Of a stretch of DNA of 64,000 nt, positions 10,352 to 20,750 are shown piece by piece (position 1 is the stretch's first letter; each line of letters opens with the position of its first letter). Origin of the DNA: Bacillota bacterium (GTDB taxonomy: Bacteria > Bacillota > Dethiobacteria > DTU022). Where the stretch lies: positions 163,794 through 227,793 of the forward strand of contig JAXHVH010000001.1 in assembly GCA_034189085.1 (NCBI GenBank). The letters run 5' to 3'. Position numbers and translations under genes: made by a program. The notes under the pieces were generated by a model. It did no database searches, had not been told where the DNA came from, and was given only the letters and a program-made list of their open reading frames with translations.

Positions 10352-11119
10352 TCAGCTATATCTTTTCAACCTTAGATGCAGCCTGCCCCGGCGTGTTTCA
10401 CCTTCCACTTTTTCAAGCAGCAGTCGTCCCCTTCCCTTCAGTGAGAGTTGATCGCCTTCCTTTAACTGTAGTGAAGGTGAACTTACCGGTCGCCAGTTTA
10501 CCCGAACCAGGCCTCCCTTGATCAGCATGGTCATTCTTGACCTTGACAGGCCAAAACCAAGAGACAAAACAGCATCAGTCCTCAGGCTGGCTACGGTGCC
10601 TTTGATTTCTTTCCCATTCTCTTCTGCTATGGACAGCTCCTCTGGATCGACAACTCTGCAGGTTACATCCTGCCGGCCAACCCGTACCAGCTTGGTGGCT
10701 ATATAATCCGCTTTTGTTTCCAGAACCATGATTGCCGCCACGTCATTTTCAAGGTGTACAATGTCACCGATCTGATCACGGCGAAGGCCCAATCCCAGCA
10801 CTGCCCCAAGGATATCACGGTGTCCAAGCTCAGGTTCGCCCTTTATCCCCTGCACGAGAACAGCTTTGACCGGTGGGGCAACCCCCGGCCGTGAAACAGG
10901 AAAGAGGTGGATAACATTTCTTTCCGCTTCAGGATAACCGCCGCCAATTGTATAAGAATAAGCATGATTATTTTTCAAAGCTGCTTCAGCAAGTTCGAGC
11001 AGGCGGGGATCAAGAAAAGAAGTGGTATGGGATACCCTGCCGTCCAGTTGATCAAGCCTGCGTCCAAACTGCCGAAGCCACTGTTTCTCTCCTTCTAAAA
11101 GGGGAGATTCAATACCCAT
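10352..11119 (-). CDS. ylmH: YlmH-type RNA-binding S4 domain protein
   Basis: 255 aa with a C-terminal S4-like segment; sits in the conserved ylmE-ylmG-ylmH-divIVA cluster. Confidence 0.7.
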   Translation of the reverse strand: MGIESPLLEGEKQWLRQFGRRLDQLDGRVSHTTSFLDPRLLELAEAALKNNHAYSYTIGGGYPEAERNVIHLFPVSRPGVAPPVKAVLVQGIKGEPELGHRDILGAVLGLGLRRDQIGDIVHLENDVAAIMVLETKADYIATKLVRVGRQDVTCRVVDPEELSIAEENGKEIKGTVASLRTDAVLSLGFGLSRSRMTMLIKGGLVRVNWRPVSSPSLQLKEGDQLSLKGRGRLLLEKVEGETRRGRLHLRLKRYS

Positions 11120-11136
11120 TTTAAAACCTCCCGGGA

Positions 11137-11442
11137 TTATAAATAAAAATAGCGGATAATGAGCTGCTGCACCAGGCGCAGTAGAATCAGCAGAATAATC
11201 GGGGATAGATCAAGATAACCCATCCCTATCCGCGGTGAAGGAATGATCCTGCGAATGGGCGCCAGCAGAGGTTCCGTCAAACCGTAAACAACCCGGTAGA
11301 TTGACGAGAGAGTGGGATTCCCGCCGGCACCAAACATGAACCAGGACATTATTATCCGGGCCAGGAGGATAAAATAATAAATCTGAATGAATGCAAGTAA
11401 TCCTTCAGCCAGAAGTCTGATCACAATCACCTCTTCCAACAT
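11137..11442 (-). CDS. ylmG: YggT/YlmG family integral membrane protein
   Basis: 101 aa, two TM segments, YGGT-type pattern (LLAPIRRIIP); conserved position. Confidence 0.7.
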   Translation of the reverse strand: MLEEVIVIRLLAEGLLAFIQIYYFILLARIIMSWFMFGAGGNPTLSSIYRVVYGLTEPLLAPIRRIIPSPRIGMGYLDLSPIILLILLRLVQQLIIRYFYL

Positions 11443-11514
11443 TAAATAGTGTTATAAGTTCGATTAACTTTACAAAAAGACCAGTTTGTACACCGCTCAA
11501 AAGCAGGAACAACT

Positions 11515-12177
11515 CTAAGCGAAAATGGCACTGCCAATCCTCACCATTGTGGCACCCTCTTCCACGGCGACCTCGTAATCATTGGTCATACCCATTGAAA
11601 GCTCAGTTAGTGCAAATCCGGATCGGATGCTCTCATCCCGCAGTTGTCGAAGAAGCCTGAAACAGGGCCGCGTATCCTCAGGATCATCATAAAATGGAGC
11701 CATGGTCATCAATCCTCGAATGTTCAGCCGATCAAATGATTTCATTTTTGTGAGAAAAGCTGAAAGTTCCTCCGGGGGAAGGCCAAATTTGCTTTCTTCA
11801 CCGGACACATTCACCTGCACCAGGGCTTCAACTGTCCTGTCCATTCGTTCTCCCCAACGCTGCAGCGCACTGGCCAATGAAAGACGATCAAGCGAGTGTA
11901 TCATCACATAATAAGGTAGGACATCTTTAACCTTGTTACTTTGCAGGTGTCCAATAAAATGCCACTTTAATTGAGGAAATGTCTTTACCTTTTCTGCCGC
12001 ATCCTGAACCCTGTTTTCACCAAAATCACTGATTCCAAGGGATGCTGCAAGGCGCACCTCTTCGATTCCCACAGTTTTTGTCACTGCTACTAGCTTCACT
12101 TCTTCCGGCTGCCGGTCTGAACGGGCGGCTGCCTTTTCGATTGCCAGCATAACCTTGCTGTAGTTTTCTTTGATCAT
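11515..12177 (-). CDS. ylmE: YggS/YlmE family pyridoxal-phosphate homeostasis protein
   Basis: AVTKTVGIEEVRLAASLGISDFGENRVQDA and IGHLQSNK motifs. Start moved to ATG 12177 (MIKENYSKVM...), checked. Confidence 0.85.
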   Translation of the reverse strand: MIKENYSKVMLAIEKAAARSDRQPEEVKLVAVTKTVGIEEVRLAASLGISDFGENRVQDAAEKVKTFPQLKWHFIGHLQSNKVKDVLPYYVMIHSLDRLSLASALQRWGERMDRTVEALVQVNVSGEESKFGLPPEELSAFLTKMKSFDRLNIRGLMTMAPFYDDPEDTRPCFRLLRQLRDESIRSGFALTELSMGMTNDYEVAVEEGATMVRIGSAIFA

Positions 12178-12243
12178 AATAGATGTCCCCGTTTTGCTTT
12201 TCATGAATTTATTACCCAACAACCTGCCGAAACGATGATTGCG

Positions 12244-13428
12244 CTAATTTAGCCTTTGTCCCTCTTCCACCATTGCCGGTTTTGTAATAACCAGGTTTCC
12301 CGGATCAATTCCTTCCACGAGGAGCCTGTTCTCCTGCCGTTCAACAAGGCTGACCGGTTTAAAGATAACCCGTCCTCCCTCGATGACAAATATCCCTTCC
12401 CGCCCTTCCTTTTCAAACAAAGCTTCTTCCGGAATAATTATACCTTCCCGGCGCGAATAGAGCAAAGTAGCTTCAGCCCAGCGGATCTGTTCAAACCCCT
12501 CAATCTGTTCTTCAATTTCATACGTCAGGAAAACCTCCTGTAATTTTTCTTCTTTATGATAAAGCTTACCCCTGACCCTGTCTCCGGGGGCAAAATCAAA
12601 TTCGATTTCCGCTGTGTCTTTCCCGGCAATCACCTGCCCGGGATGAAGAGGAAGTTTTATGCTGTAATACCATCGCCAGTTATTAACTATTTTTACCAGT
12701 GGTTGGCCGGCATCAATCAACTCGCCCACCACAGCATATTCTCCTTCATCATACACTTCGGCAAATTCTTCAGCACTTAAATATAATGACCCCCTGTAAT
12801 CTTCCCATCCATCCGTATAGTGGGAAATTAAGCCGCTATTTTCGCTGTAAACGTCAACGGTATCTTTAAAAGTCATCGAAGATGGATTAATCGCTACCGT
12901 CCCGGGGCTGTCATCGGTCCCTGATTCACTGCTGGCAACAATTTCATCCTGGCTGTTATTCCGCTTTTCCTCAAAGAATTGCTGCCAGTATTCTTTAAAT
13001 TGTTCCCAGAGATCCTCTTCAGAGTATTCTTCACTTTCCCCACCACGTATTCTTTGCATCTCCAGAGGCGAAATGATGCCAATAGCAGCAACATCGGACC
13101 CGGCCGCTATTCTTTCTCCATTTTCAGCAAGATCCATGATCAATCCTGATTCAGGGGCCCTGATAACCGCTTCATCTCTTGTAACCAGGCCTGCCACCCT
13201 GCATTCCTGGATCATTATTCCAGGTTCGGAATTTATAATTTGCAACCGCCAGGCAAGATACTGTTCACCGAGCCAGTGATACCCGAGCTGGACAATAATT
13301 ACCAGGGCCAGCAGCAGGAGGACGTAAAAAATAAAAGCCTGTTTAAAATTGCTGAAGCTGAAGCGTTTACCCTCACCGGGCAACACTTTAAAATGCCTGT
13401 TTACATCCCGGGTGCCTTTTTTCTTCAA
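12244..13428 (-). CDS. HlyD-like membrane-fusion (periplasmic adaptor) family protein, orphan
   Basis: 394 aa with an N-terminal TM anchor (FIFYVLLLLALVIIVQ). Lipoyl-like hairpin and C-terminal beta-barrel-like segment resemble HlyD/efflux adaptors. An acidic low-complexity middle region is present and no transporter partner is in the window. Confidence 0.45.
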   Translation of the reverse strand: MKKKGTRDVNRHFKVLPGEGKRFSFSNFKQAFIFYVLLLLALVIIVQLGYHWLGEQYLAWRLQIINSEPGIMIQECRVAGLVTRDEAVIRAPESGLIMDLAENGERIAAGSDVAAIGIISPLEMQRIRGGESEEYSEEDLWEQFKEYWQQFFEEKRNNSQDEIVASSESGTDDSPGTVAINPSSMTFKDTVDVYSENSGLISHYTDGWEDYRGSLYLSAEEFAEVYDEGEYAVVGELIDAGQPLVKIVNNWRWYYSIKLPLHPGQVIAGKDTAEIEFDFAPGDRVRGKLYHKEEKLQEVFLTYEIEEQIEGFEQIRWAEATLLYSRREGIIIPEEALFEKEGREGIFVIEGGRVIFKPVSLVERQENRLLVEGIDPGNLVITKPAMVEEGQRLN

Positions 13429-13431
13429 TTT

Positions 13432-14241
13432 TTATCTTTTCTCCCTGCGAATAGCTATAAAGCCAATCATCCGGCCGGTTATTCCGTGGTCCCGGCGATA
13501 AGAATAAAACAAATCGCCAATGCACGATGAGCACCAGCTGTTTTTGGCCAAATTTTCTTTTTTAATACCCGCTCGGAGAAGCTGTGCTTCATTGACAGAT
13601 GTTAAATCCAGTTTATAGAAACCATCAGAAACAGGCTCCAGGTAAGAAGGATCTGAATAACCGGCATCCTGGAACAGGCGGGCAATCTTTTTATTGATCA
13701 AATAACAATCACGGCAAATAGCCGGGCTCAAAGCAACCAGGAGCTCTCCCGGATCAAGCAAGAACTCTTTTTGCAGGCGCTCAATTAACCCGGCCCCGAT
13801 TCCACCAAGCGCCCCGCGCCACCCGGCATGGGCAAGGGCAACGAGTGGTTTCTCCAATGAAACAAAATAAATAAGCTGGCAATCAGCCGAATATGCCGTC
13901 AGCGGCAGCCCGGGAACGGCTGTTATAAGGGCGTCGCAGTGTTTAACCACCGTTCCTGGGCAGGCTCCTTCTCCCCTGCTTTTTTCATTAAATACAGCGG
14001 ACTCTACCCCGTGAACCTGCACCGCTGAAACCTGGCTGCGAAAATCATAATCAAAAAGATTAAAAAATCGCCGCCTATTTTGCATTACATTATTAACATT
14101 ATCCCCGGTATGAAAAGCCATATTTAGCGAGTAATAAGGGCCTTTGCTGCAGCCGCCAATACGGGTGGAAAAAGCATGATCAACCAGCCCGCTCTTTTCT
14201 AAAAGTGAAGACTGCAGGTAAGCTATGTCACCCTCATGCAC
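13432..14241 (-). CDS. pgeF: Peptidoglycan editing factor PgeF (YfiH/YlmD laccase-domain purine nucleoside phosphorylase family)
   Basis: 269 aa with N-terminal FSTRIGGCSKGPYYSLNMAFHTGD and family-typical His/Cys positions; conserved next to ylmE. Confidence 0.85.
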   Translation of the reverse strand: MHEGDIAYLQSSLLEKSGLVDHAFSTRIGGCSKGPYYSLNMAFHTGDNVNNVMQNRRRFFNLFDYDFRSQVSAVQVHGVESAVFNEKSRGEGACPGTVVKHCDALITAVPGLPLTAYSADCQLIYFVSLEKPLVALAHAGWRGALGGIGAGLIERLQKEFLLDPGELLVALSPAICRDCYLINKKIARLFQDAGYSDPSYLEPVSDGFYKLDLTSVNEAQLLRAGIKKENLAKNSWCSSCIGDLFYSYRRDHGITGRMIGFIAIRREKR

Positions 14242-14279
14242 CAGGGTAAATTTCCCTTCTCCCTCATGTTGTTTCTCTT

Positions 14280-16373
14280 TCAGCTTTCATCACCTGGCTC
14301 AAAATGAGCCCGCCTTTCTTTTAATTCTTCCGTAATCTGTTCATTAAAATGTTCTTCAGTCATCAAACGGCCTGACACCCGGCGAATCCGTCTTAGCCTG
14401 GTACTGCCGCAGTACGGGCAGTTGTTGTTAAAAACCCCCTGATGTGAACATTTCATGCACTCGTCCAGCGGAAAATTAATCCCCCCCAGTCCAATATCGG
14501 CAGACACCATCTGGTGAATGATTTGATCAACCAGATCGATTTTATCACCTGGAGGCCCGGTCAGTTCGATGTAACTGATATGTCCGGCATTGCAAAAATG
14601 ATGGAATGATCCCTCAACCGTTATTTTCTCGGTCATAGTTAAGGCATAATAAGGAGGAATGTAGAAGGAATCAGAATAGCAACCGCGAGTTGTCACATCT
14701 GGCACAGCTCCGTAATGTTCTCGATCCATGGCTGCAAATTTACCGGACAATCCCGGGGAAGAGGTACCAAGCAGAGCCATGTTGAGATCATATTCATCGG
14801 CATAACTATCAATTCTCCGCCTCATATGATCAACAATCCTCCAGGCCAGTTCAAGAGCAGAGTTATCTTCACCGTGGTGCCTTCCGCAAAGCAGATGGAC
14901 TGCTTCAGCTAAACCGACAAATCCAACAGCCAGAGTGCCCTGTTTTATTGCTTCTCCGATACTGTCCTCGGAGCTGAGATTATCAGATTCCAGGTACAAC
15001 TTTTGCCCCATGATAAAGGGCAAATCACTAACCTTTAACCTGGCCAGAACAGCAAATCGATGTAACAACTGCTTTGCAGCAATGCGAATCAATCGATCCA
15101 GCTGAACAAAAAATATCTCTTCTCGTCCCCGGCATTCAAAGGCAATACGCGGCAGATTCATAACCACCGAAGCGATGTTGCCTCGACCAGCAGCTATCTC
15201 CAGGCCATGCCTATTTTCGCCAATTCTGGTCCCGCAGCCCATGTAAGAAACTTCATCCCCATATTTGCTATTAAAAGAACTGTCCATAAAGCTGTAACTG
15301 GGGTTCATTCGGTTTGCTGTTACCCGCAGGGCCATTCTATAAAGATCGTAGTTTGGGTCTTCCGGGGCAAAATTTATACCTTTCTTGACCCGAAAAATGA
15401 GATCAGGCCGGAGCGGGGTTGCTCCCCGGCCCAGACCATTCAGGAATGCTTCCAATATTGCCCTGCTGATCATCCTTCCTTCTTCACTCGTGTCAGTACC
15501 TATATTCATTGAGCTAAAGGGTATTCCGACCCCTGCCTGACTGTGAACGCTGTTCAACGTGGTTATCAAACCCTCCATGGCCTGGTAAATCTCTTCGTAA
15601 TCCGGCTTACACTCCAGATTCCTGATCACTTCACCCATGCTGTGATCAAAATGAGGAAAACTCTGTCCGCCGGACATATCGTTCTGGCTATTCTGGAAGA
15701 TAATAGCCGCCTGGGCAGCAGCCGAGGAAAATCTTTTCGGCGGACGAATGTAGCCACACCCGGCGTCAAAACCCTGCTGGAGCAGGTTGATGATATTTAT
15801 ATGCAGGCTGTTTAACGTTTTACTGTAATAATCAAGGTGATCGATGTACAGTGATCCCTCTTCATGGGCCCTGGCAAACTCTTCGGGAAGCAAATTGCTC
15901 AGGTAATATTGCTTGCTGGCTGCCGTGGCAATCTGGATCATTTTTGCTGATGGAGAGCTGTTAAACCCACCCTTTTCACGGTTTGTTTCAATGAGAATTT
16001 CCTTTACCACATCCATCAGTTCTGATTTGCCCTCGCGAATACGGGTTCGGCGATCCCGGTAAAGAATATAAGCTTTGGCAGTACGGGCATGACCATTTTC
16101 AATAAGCGCCACTTCTACTGAGTCCTGAACGTCTTCCACAGTGGGAATAACCCCACCTGGTATTTTATCCCGCAGACTTTCAATAACCTGCCTGGTTAAG
16201 TTTTCCGCGATGGTGCGGTTGCTCCCGCCTACAGCCTGAGCTGCTTTAAAAATTGCTTCGGTAATTTTTTCAGGATCAAAGGGCACTACCCGCCCGTCTC
16301 GCTTGCGAATTTCACGATAAACATTTTCTAACGATAGTTTTTGTTCAGTTTTTACAGGGTATTCTTCCTTCAA
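14280..16373 (-). CDS. nrdD: Anaerobic ribonucleoside-triphosphate reductase (class III, NrdD) with N-terminal ATP-cone
   Basis: 697 aa. ATP-cone VVPFDPEKITEAIFKA; NrdD motif GNIASVVMNLPRIA. C-terminal Zn ribbon CMKCSHQGVFNNNCPYCGS followed by glycyl-radical-like RRVSGRL and N..E...R..H. The residue after Gly is Arg where Tyr is usual. Confidence 0.8.
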   Translation of the reverse strand: MKEEYPVKTEQKLSLENVYREIRKRDGRVVPFDPEKITEAIFKAAQAVGGSNRTIAENLTRQVIESLRDKIPGGVIPTVEDVQDSVEVALIENGHARTAKAYILYRDRRTRIREGKSELMDVVKEILIETNREKGGFNSSPSAKMIQIATAASKQYYLSNLLPEEFARAHEEGSLYIDHLDYYSKTLNSLHINIINLLQQGFDAGCGYIRPPKRFSSAAAQAAIIFQNSQNDMSGGQSFPHFDHSMGEVIRNLECKPDYEEIYQAMEGLITTLNSVHSQAGVGIPFSSMNIGTDTSEEGRMISRAILEAFLNGLGRGATPLRPDLIFRVKKGINFAPEDPNYDLYRMALRVTANRMNPSYSFMDSSFNSKYGDEVSYMGCGTRIGENRHGLEIAAGRGNIASVVMNLPRIAFECRGREEIFFVQLDRLIRIAAKQLLHRFAVLARLKVSDLPFIMGQKLYLESDNLSSEDSIGEAIKQGTLAVGFVGLAEAVHLLCGRHHGEDNSALELAWRIVDHMRRRIDSYADEYDLNMALLGTSSPGLSGKFAAMDREHYGAVPDVTTRGCYSDSFYIPPYYALTMTEKITVEGSFHHFCNAGHISYIELTGPPGDKIDLVDQIIHQMVSADIGLGGINFPLDECMKCSHQGVFNNNCPYCGSTRLRRIRRVSGRLMTEEHFNEQITEELKERRAHFEPGDES

Positions 16374-16619
16374 GTAGAATCCTCCTCAAGGATCGACAAT
16401 CCTGTGTCAGGAAAGTTGGATAAACGTTTTGTACAGCACCTAAGCCGGGCACCTGCGCCCCCGCTTCCAAGGGAATAATTATACAATAAAGAAAATTACC
16501 CTGACACAATACATCTTTCATATTATAGAATACCATGCTCTGCTCGTAAAGGATCGCGTCGGCTGCTTTCCTTTATTAAATACAACAAATAAATTAATGT
16601 TAAGGCTGTAAAGATCTTA

Positions 16620-17417
16620 TCAGCGAAGGACAATTTTCTCGATTTTGAATTCAATATTCATCTCCTCACCACTACTTTCGAGAACATCCCAGCCTATGAT
16701 AATCTGTAGATCGCCGAAATCGGCAATTTGCCAGCGCATCGTTCCTCCCTGGTCAGCCTCTACAGCCGGAGGTTCCACCGTTACCTCAAAAGTGTGAACC
16801 TGGGCGGATCTCCCTCCTATCTCCTGTTGCTCGCTTTGCACTTTACTGACATTCACGCCCTCTTTGGTGCTGTAATCCGCAACAAGTTCCCGCGCATTCC
16901 AATCTCGAGCAATCTGGAACGGCATCAGGATATTAGCCATCATGGGCTCAACAAACATAGAAGCCATTTCCGCAGGAATCTCTTCCCCTCCGGCCTGGAT
17001 CTTTATTAATTCGCCAGCTGGATCTACCCACACAATAAATTTTTCTTCACCGAAATCTACACTGACCCGATCGGCCTCTGTTCCCTCTATGGTTTCACTG
17101 CCTTCATAAAGGTAATGAATCGTAGCGACTACTTCACCGTCCTGGATAATACTATGTTGGATTTCTTCGAATTTAGCGATCATTTCCTGTAAATTAGCGG
17201 GCGCTTCCCATTCATCAAGAGCAAGGACTTCTTCTCCGTTCTCACTGACTTCCTCGTCAAGGTCATCTTCTACAAGGGCATCTTCTTCCTCTCCAGCAAT
17301 ATATCCAGCCTGATCTTCTACTGCTTCATCCGCTACCCCGGAATCGCCGCAGCCGATAACAGCCAGCAACAACAGACACACCAGTAATATCAAACCTCTG
17401 CGAAAAAAAAGTTTCAT
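16620..17417 (-). CDS. Hypothetical acidic lipoprotein
   Basis: Signal peptide with lipobox LLAVIGC; strongly acidic low-complexity N-terminal region; no recognisable domain. Confidence 0.5.
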   Translation of the reverse strand: MKLFFRRGLILLVCLLLLAVIGCGDSGVADEAVEDQAGYIAGEEEDALVEDDLDEEVSENGEEVLALDEWEAPANLQEMIAKFEEIQHSIIQDGEVVATIHYLYEGSETIEGTEADRVSVDFGEEKFIVWVDPAGELIKIQAGGEEIPAEMASMFVEPMMANILMPFQIARDWNARELVADYSTKEGVNVSKVQSEQQEIGGRSAQVHTFEVTVEPPAVEADQGGTMRWQIADFGDLQIIIGWDVLESSGEEMNIEFKIEKIVLR

Positions 17418-17460
17418 GATTATCTTCCCTCCCTTAAAATTATTTGAATATGTTTCGAAA

Positions 17461-17500
17461 AACCCGGCACGCAGATATAATCTATATGCCGGGTTTTAAA
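17461..17500 (-). terminator. Rho-independent terminator downstream of ftsZ (bidirectional hairpin)
   Basis: AAAACCCGGCA...TGCCGGGTTTT: a 7-bp GC stem (CCCGGCA/TGCCGGG) flanked by an A-run and a T-run, immediately 3' of the ftsZ stop. Confidence 0.7.
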
Positions 17501-17527
17501 CAATGCCGGATCAACGAAGGATTTGAA

Positions 17528-18601
17528 TCACTTGTTAACCATTTTCCCTTTCTGCTGCCAGCGAGACCAGGTAGGTGAATCAATGTTTTCACCGCGTGCG
17601 TATGCACTTCCGCCGACAGCAGCCAGCTTTGGCTTGAACCCTTCCCTGACTTCAGTAAATCCTGTGGCAATAACCGTGACTCGAACCTGGTCCTGACAAT
17701 TTTCATCGATAACCGCTCCGAAGATTATATTCGCCTCGGGATCAGCAAATTCCGATACTATTTCAGCTGCTTCATTCACTTCATAGAGGCCCAGATCTGA
17801 ACCGCCTGTTACATTGATCAGGATTCCCCTGGCTCCTTCAATCGAAGTTTCCAAAAGGGGGCTGTTTGTCGCCGCCTTGGCTGCCTCGACAGTTCTATTC
17901 TCTCCGCTTCCCTGTCCCACACCCATCAGGGCAGGTCCTGTCTCGGCCATGATCGTGCGCACATCGGCAAAATCAAGATTAATCAAACCGGGGACGGCAA
18001 TAAGATCGGAAATACCCTGGACTCCCTGCCTGAGGACATCATCAGCAACCCGAAAGGCTTCCAGAATAGGCGTCTTTTTCTCGACTACCTGCAACAGACG
18101 GTCGTTGGGGATGGTGATCAGGGTATCCACTTTTTCTTTTAAAGCAGAAATCCCTTCGTCGGCCTGGTGCTTGCGCTTCCTCCCTTCAAAGGAGAACGGC
18201 CTGGTTACCACACCCACAGTTAATGCTCCCAGTTTCTGGGCTATTTCGGCAATGATCGGTGCGGCTCCTGAACCTGTCCCACCACCCATGCCAGCGGTGA
18301 TGAAAACCATATCTGAACCCTTGAGCATGCTCTCGATGGCATTGCGGCTTTCTTCTGCCGCTTTCTGCCCAATTTCTGGATTGGCTCCTGCACCCAATCC
18401 CTTGGTAAGCTGTTCACCAATCTGCAGCTTCAGGGGAGCGTTGGCCAGATATAAAGCCTGGGCATCTGTATTAACAGCACAAAAATCTACTCCCTGCAAT
18501 CCTGCGGCAATCATCCGATTTACGGCATTACTTCCTCCGCCGCCGATACCAACTACCTTTATTGAAGCATATTGTTCCATCTCATTATCAAACTCAATCA
18601 T
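17528..18601 (-). CDS. ftsZ: Cell division GTPase FtsZ
   Basis: GGGTGSG tubulin signature ([19 protein letters not shown]). ATG 18601 (MIEFDNE...) has GGAG upstream. Confidence 0.95.
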   Translation of the reverse strand: MIEFDNEMEQYASIKVVGIGGGGSNAVNRMIAAGLQGVDFCAVNTDAQALYLANAPLKLQIGEQLTKGLGAGANPEIGQKAAEESRNAIESMLKGSDMVFITAGMGGGTGSGAAPIIAEIAQKLGALTVGVVTRPFSFEGRKRKHQADEGISALKEKVDTLITIPNDRLLQVVEKKTPILEAFRVADDVLRQGVQGISDLIAVPGLINLDFADVRTIMAETGPALMGVGQGSGENRTVEAAKAATNSPLLETSIEGARGILINVTGGSDLGLYEVNEAAEIVSEFADPEANIIFGAVIDENCQDQVRVTVIATGFTEVREGFKPKLAAVGGSAYARGENIDSPTWSRWQQKGKMVNK

Positions 18602-18632
18602 TAAAAGCACCTCCTGAAAGTAGTATGCCCTT

Positions 18633-19865
18633 TTAATCAATTATGTCAGTTAACCATTCCTTTAAACGCTGCCAGAATCCCGGGCCTCGTTTTTTGACCG
18701 TTTTGCCCCTTTCCTGCACAAACACCCGTGGTTGATAACGCTGCACATAATAAAGTAACCCGGCTACTGTCGAATAGCTGGGATTTTGCACCCCCGCTAT
18801 TTCAAAATCAGCGAGCCTTATTTGATCACTTTCAAAAAAGCGGCGGCTTATTTCCGGTATTCCTTTCAGCCCGGCTACACCACCGCGCAGCACCGCACCG
18901 GCAGGCGGCAGATACTGCCACCCCATTTTGATCATTTCTTCCTTGATGATGTGAAAAATTTCCTGGACCCTCGGCTCAATAAAACCGGCGAGCTCTTTTT
19001 CTGAAACCAATTTGAGCTCTTTACTGCCTACAATTTTGATTTCAATCTTCGGCTCGCTGTCAGCCAACGACAGCATGGCCGAACCGTAATCCTTTTTCAA
19101 TTCTTCTGCAGCATAATAGTTTATCCGCAATCCGGCAGCCAGATCTGTGGTAATGTGATCTCCACCGATTGGGACTACCGACATCTTCTGGAGCTTGCCA
19201 TGCTGGAAAAAAGCAATTTCAGTTGTTCCGCCGCCAATATCAATGAGGAATACTCCCAGTTCACGTTCATCGGGAGACAGAGACACCTCCGAATTAGCCA
19301 TTGCCTGCAGAACCAGGCCATTGATGTTGATACCTGCCCGATTGATGCAGCGCAATAGATTGTGGAGAGAAGTGATCAGGCTGGTAACAACAAGGGCATC
19401 AACCTCTAACCTCACTCCGAGCATGCCAAGCGGATCCCTGATCCCGTCAAAACCATCGACGATATATTCCCTGGGAATGATATCCACTATTTCCCTGTCC
19501 ATTGGCAGAGCAACCACTTTGGCTGCCTGAATCACTCTTTCAACATCCTCTTCGCGAATCTCTCGATCCTCAGCTGTAACAGCAACCACTCCACGGTTAT
19601 TGATAAGCTCTACATTAAGGCCCTTCAGGGCAACATAGGCAGAATCAATCTTTATCCCCGACATCCTCTCCGCTTCTTCCAAAGCGTTGACAATCGATTC
19701 AATTGTTTTTTCCAGATCTACAATAACACCTTTGCGTACACCATCGGAAGGGCTTAGACCTAAACCGATAATGTTCACAGTTCCGTCAGGACGGGATTCA
19801 CCTAACCCGACCCGCACCTCAGCTGTGCCAACATCGATACCAGCAATATAATTTTTCCTGTTCAT
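18633..19865 (-). CDS. ftsA: Cell division protein FtsA
   Basis: 410 aa actin-like ATPase; N-terminus [15 protein letters not shown]; conserved ftsA-ftsZ pair. Confidence 0.95.
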   Translation of the reverse strand: MNRKNYIAGIDVGTAEVRVGLGESRPDGTVNIIGLGLSPSDGVRKGVIVDLEKTIESIVNALEEAERMSGIKIDSAYVALKGLNVELINNRGVVAVTAEDREIREEDVERVIQAAKVVALPMDREIVDIIPREYIVDGFDGIRDPLGMLGVRLEVDALVVTSLITSLHNLLRCINRAGININGLVLQAMANSEVSLSPDERELGVFLIDIGGGTTEIAFFQHGKLQKMSVVPIGGDHITTDLAAGLRINYYAAEELKKDYGSAMLSLADSEPKIEIKIVGSKELKLVSEKELAGFIEPRVQEIFHIIKEEMIKMGWQYLPPAGAVLRGGVAGLKGIPEISRRFFESDQIRLADFEIAGVQNPSYSTVAGLLYYVQRYQPRVFVQERGKTVKKRGPGFWQRLKEWLTDIID

Positions 19866-19949
19866 TTTTTACCCCCTTACCCTTCCCAACATGGTGTAAC
19901 TTGTGACTTTACTAGACAATTCTACACATTTTAATTCTTTCCTTTTCTG

Positions 19950-20747
19950 TTACGGATCATCCACCTCCTCTTCCTCCATTAACAGGGCGTTACTTGATAC
20001 TACCAGCCTGCTCCCTGTGCGAACATCTAACCGGGGTTCAGCTTCTGTTTCGATATAAGGTATGGTCTCCCGGACCAGCAGTAGTTTTTCTTCCATCCCC
20101 TTGCTGTTGCCAAGCAAGATCTCCATGTCTGTCCCTGTCTGAAGGATCATGTTATAACTGTCGTAAATATCGATCTGTTCAATCGTTATTTTCTCTTCTC
20201 CGTTCCAGGCTGAAAAAAAGTTAATCAACGCTTCCCGCCGTTCCTGGCAGAGCAGGGGAATCCCCGGGACAACCAGTTCGCCGTCAATACCCACAATCAA
20301 CGGATATCCTTCTTCCGGTTCGGCACGGCAGGAGAAGCACACTGCATTCCGATCCATCTCCCAATATCCATCCGCTGTCATCACGAATGCAACAGGCGTC
20401 CGCTCGGCAACAGTAATTTCCACTTTATCTGGTAGAATACGCTCGAATTCGACATCGTCAATCTGCGGGCAGGCTGCTTTGATTCGGCCGGAAATCTTCT
20501 CAGACGAGAGCAAAAAAATGCTGTCGCCTGTTTCAATCCCTGCAGCATTAATAATTTCGCTATTCGTCAGATCCTTTGCACCATTGACACTAACCTCTTT
20601 GATGCGGAAAAAAGATTCCCCGTATCGGAGTAGAATGAAAAGTAATAAAACCAGGGCAAGGCGGGATAAAAAACGCAGCGCTTTTTTCCAACCGGGGCGT
20701 TTTTCCTTTTTGCCAACCAGCTTCAGGTGGTCACTCTTTTGAACCAC
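19950..20747 (-). CDS. ftsQ: Cell division protein FtsQ/DivIB (POTRA domain)
   Basis: 265 aa with an N-terminal TM anchor and POTRA-like region (IKEVSVNGAKDLTNSEIINAAG); position between murB and ftsA. Confidence 0.8.
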   Translation of the reverse strand: MVQKSDHLKLVGKKEKRPGWKKALRFLSRLALVLLLFILLRYGESFFRIKEVSVNGAKDLTNSEIINAAGIETGDSIFLLSSEKISGRIKAACPQIDDVEFERILPDKVEITVAERTPVAFVMTADGYWEMDRNAVCFSCRAEPEEGYPLIVGIDGELVVPGIPLLCQERREALINFFSAWNGEEKITIEQIDIYDSYNMILQTGTDMEILLGNSKGMEEKLLLVRETIPYIETEAEPRLDVRTGSRLVVSSNALLMEEEEVDDP

Positions 20748-20750
20748 TGT

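Noticed and set aside
16374-16619. NrdR boxes upstream of nrdD
   Set aside because: Only a partial half-site (GATGTATTGTGTC) and generic TATAAT-like elements were seen. There is no convincing pair of 16-bp palindromes at 31-32 bp spacing.
17814-18617. 267-aa plus-strand ORF antisense to ftsZ, with similar long antisense ORFs at 58278-58865, 45956-46597 and 53434-53892
   Set aside because: They lie entirely inside strongly supported minus-strand genes (ftsZ, hndC, secD, aroA). They have no recognisable motifs or RBS, and their low-complexity Ala/Pro/Ser-rich translations are typical of GC-skewed antisense frames.
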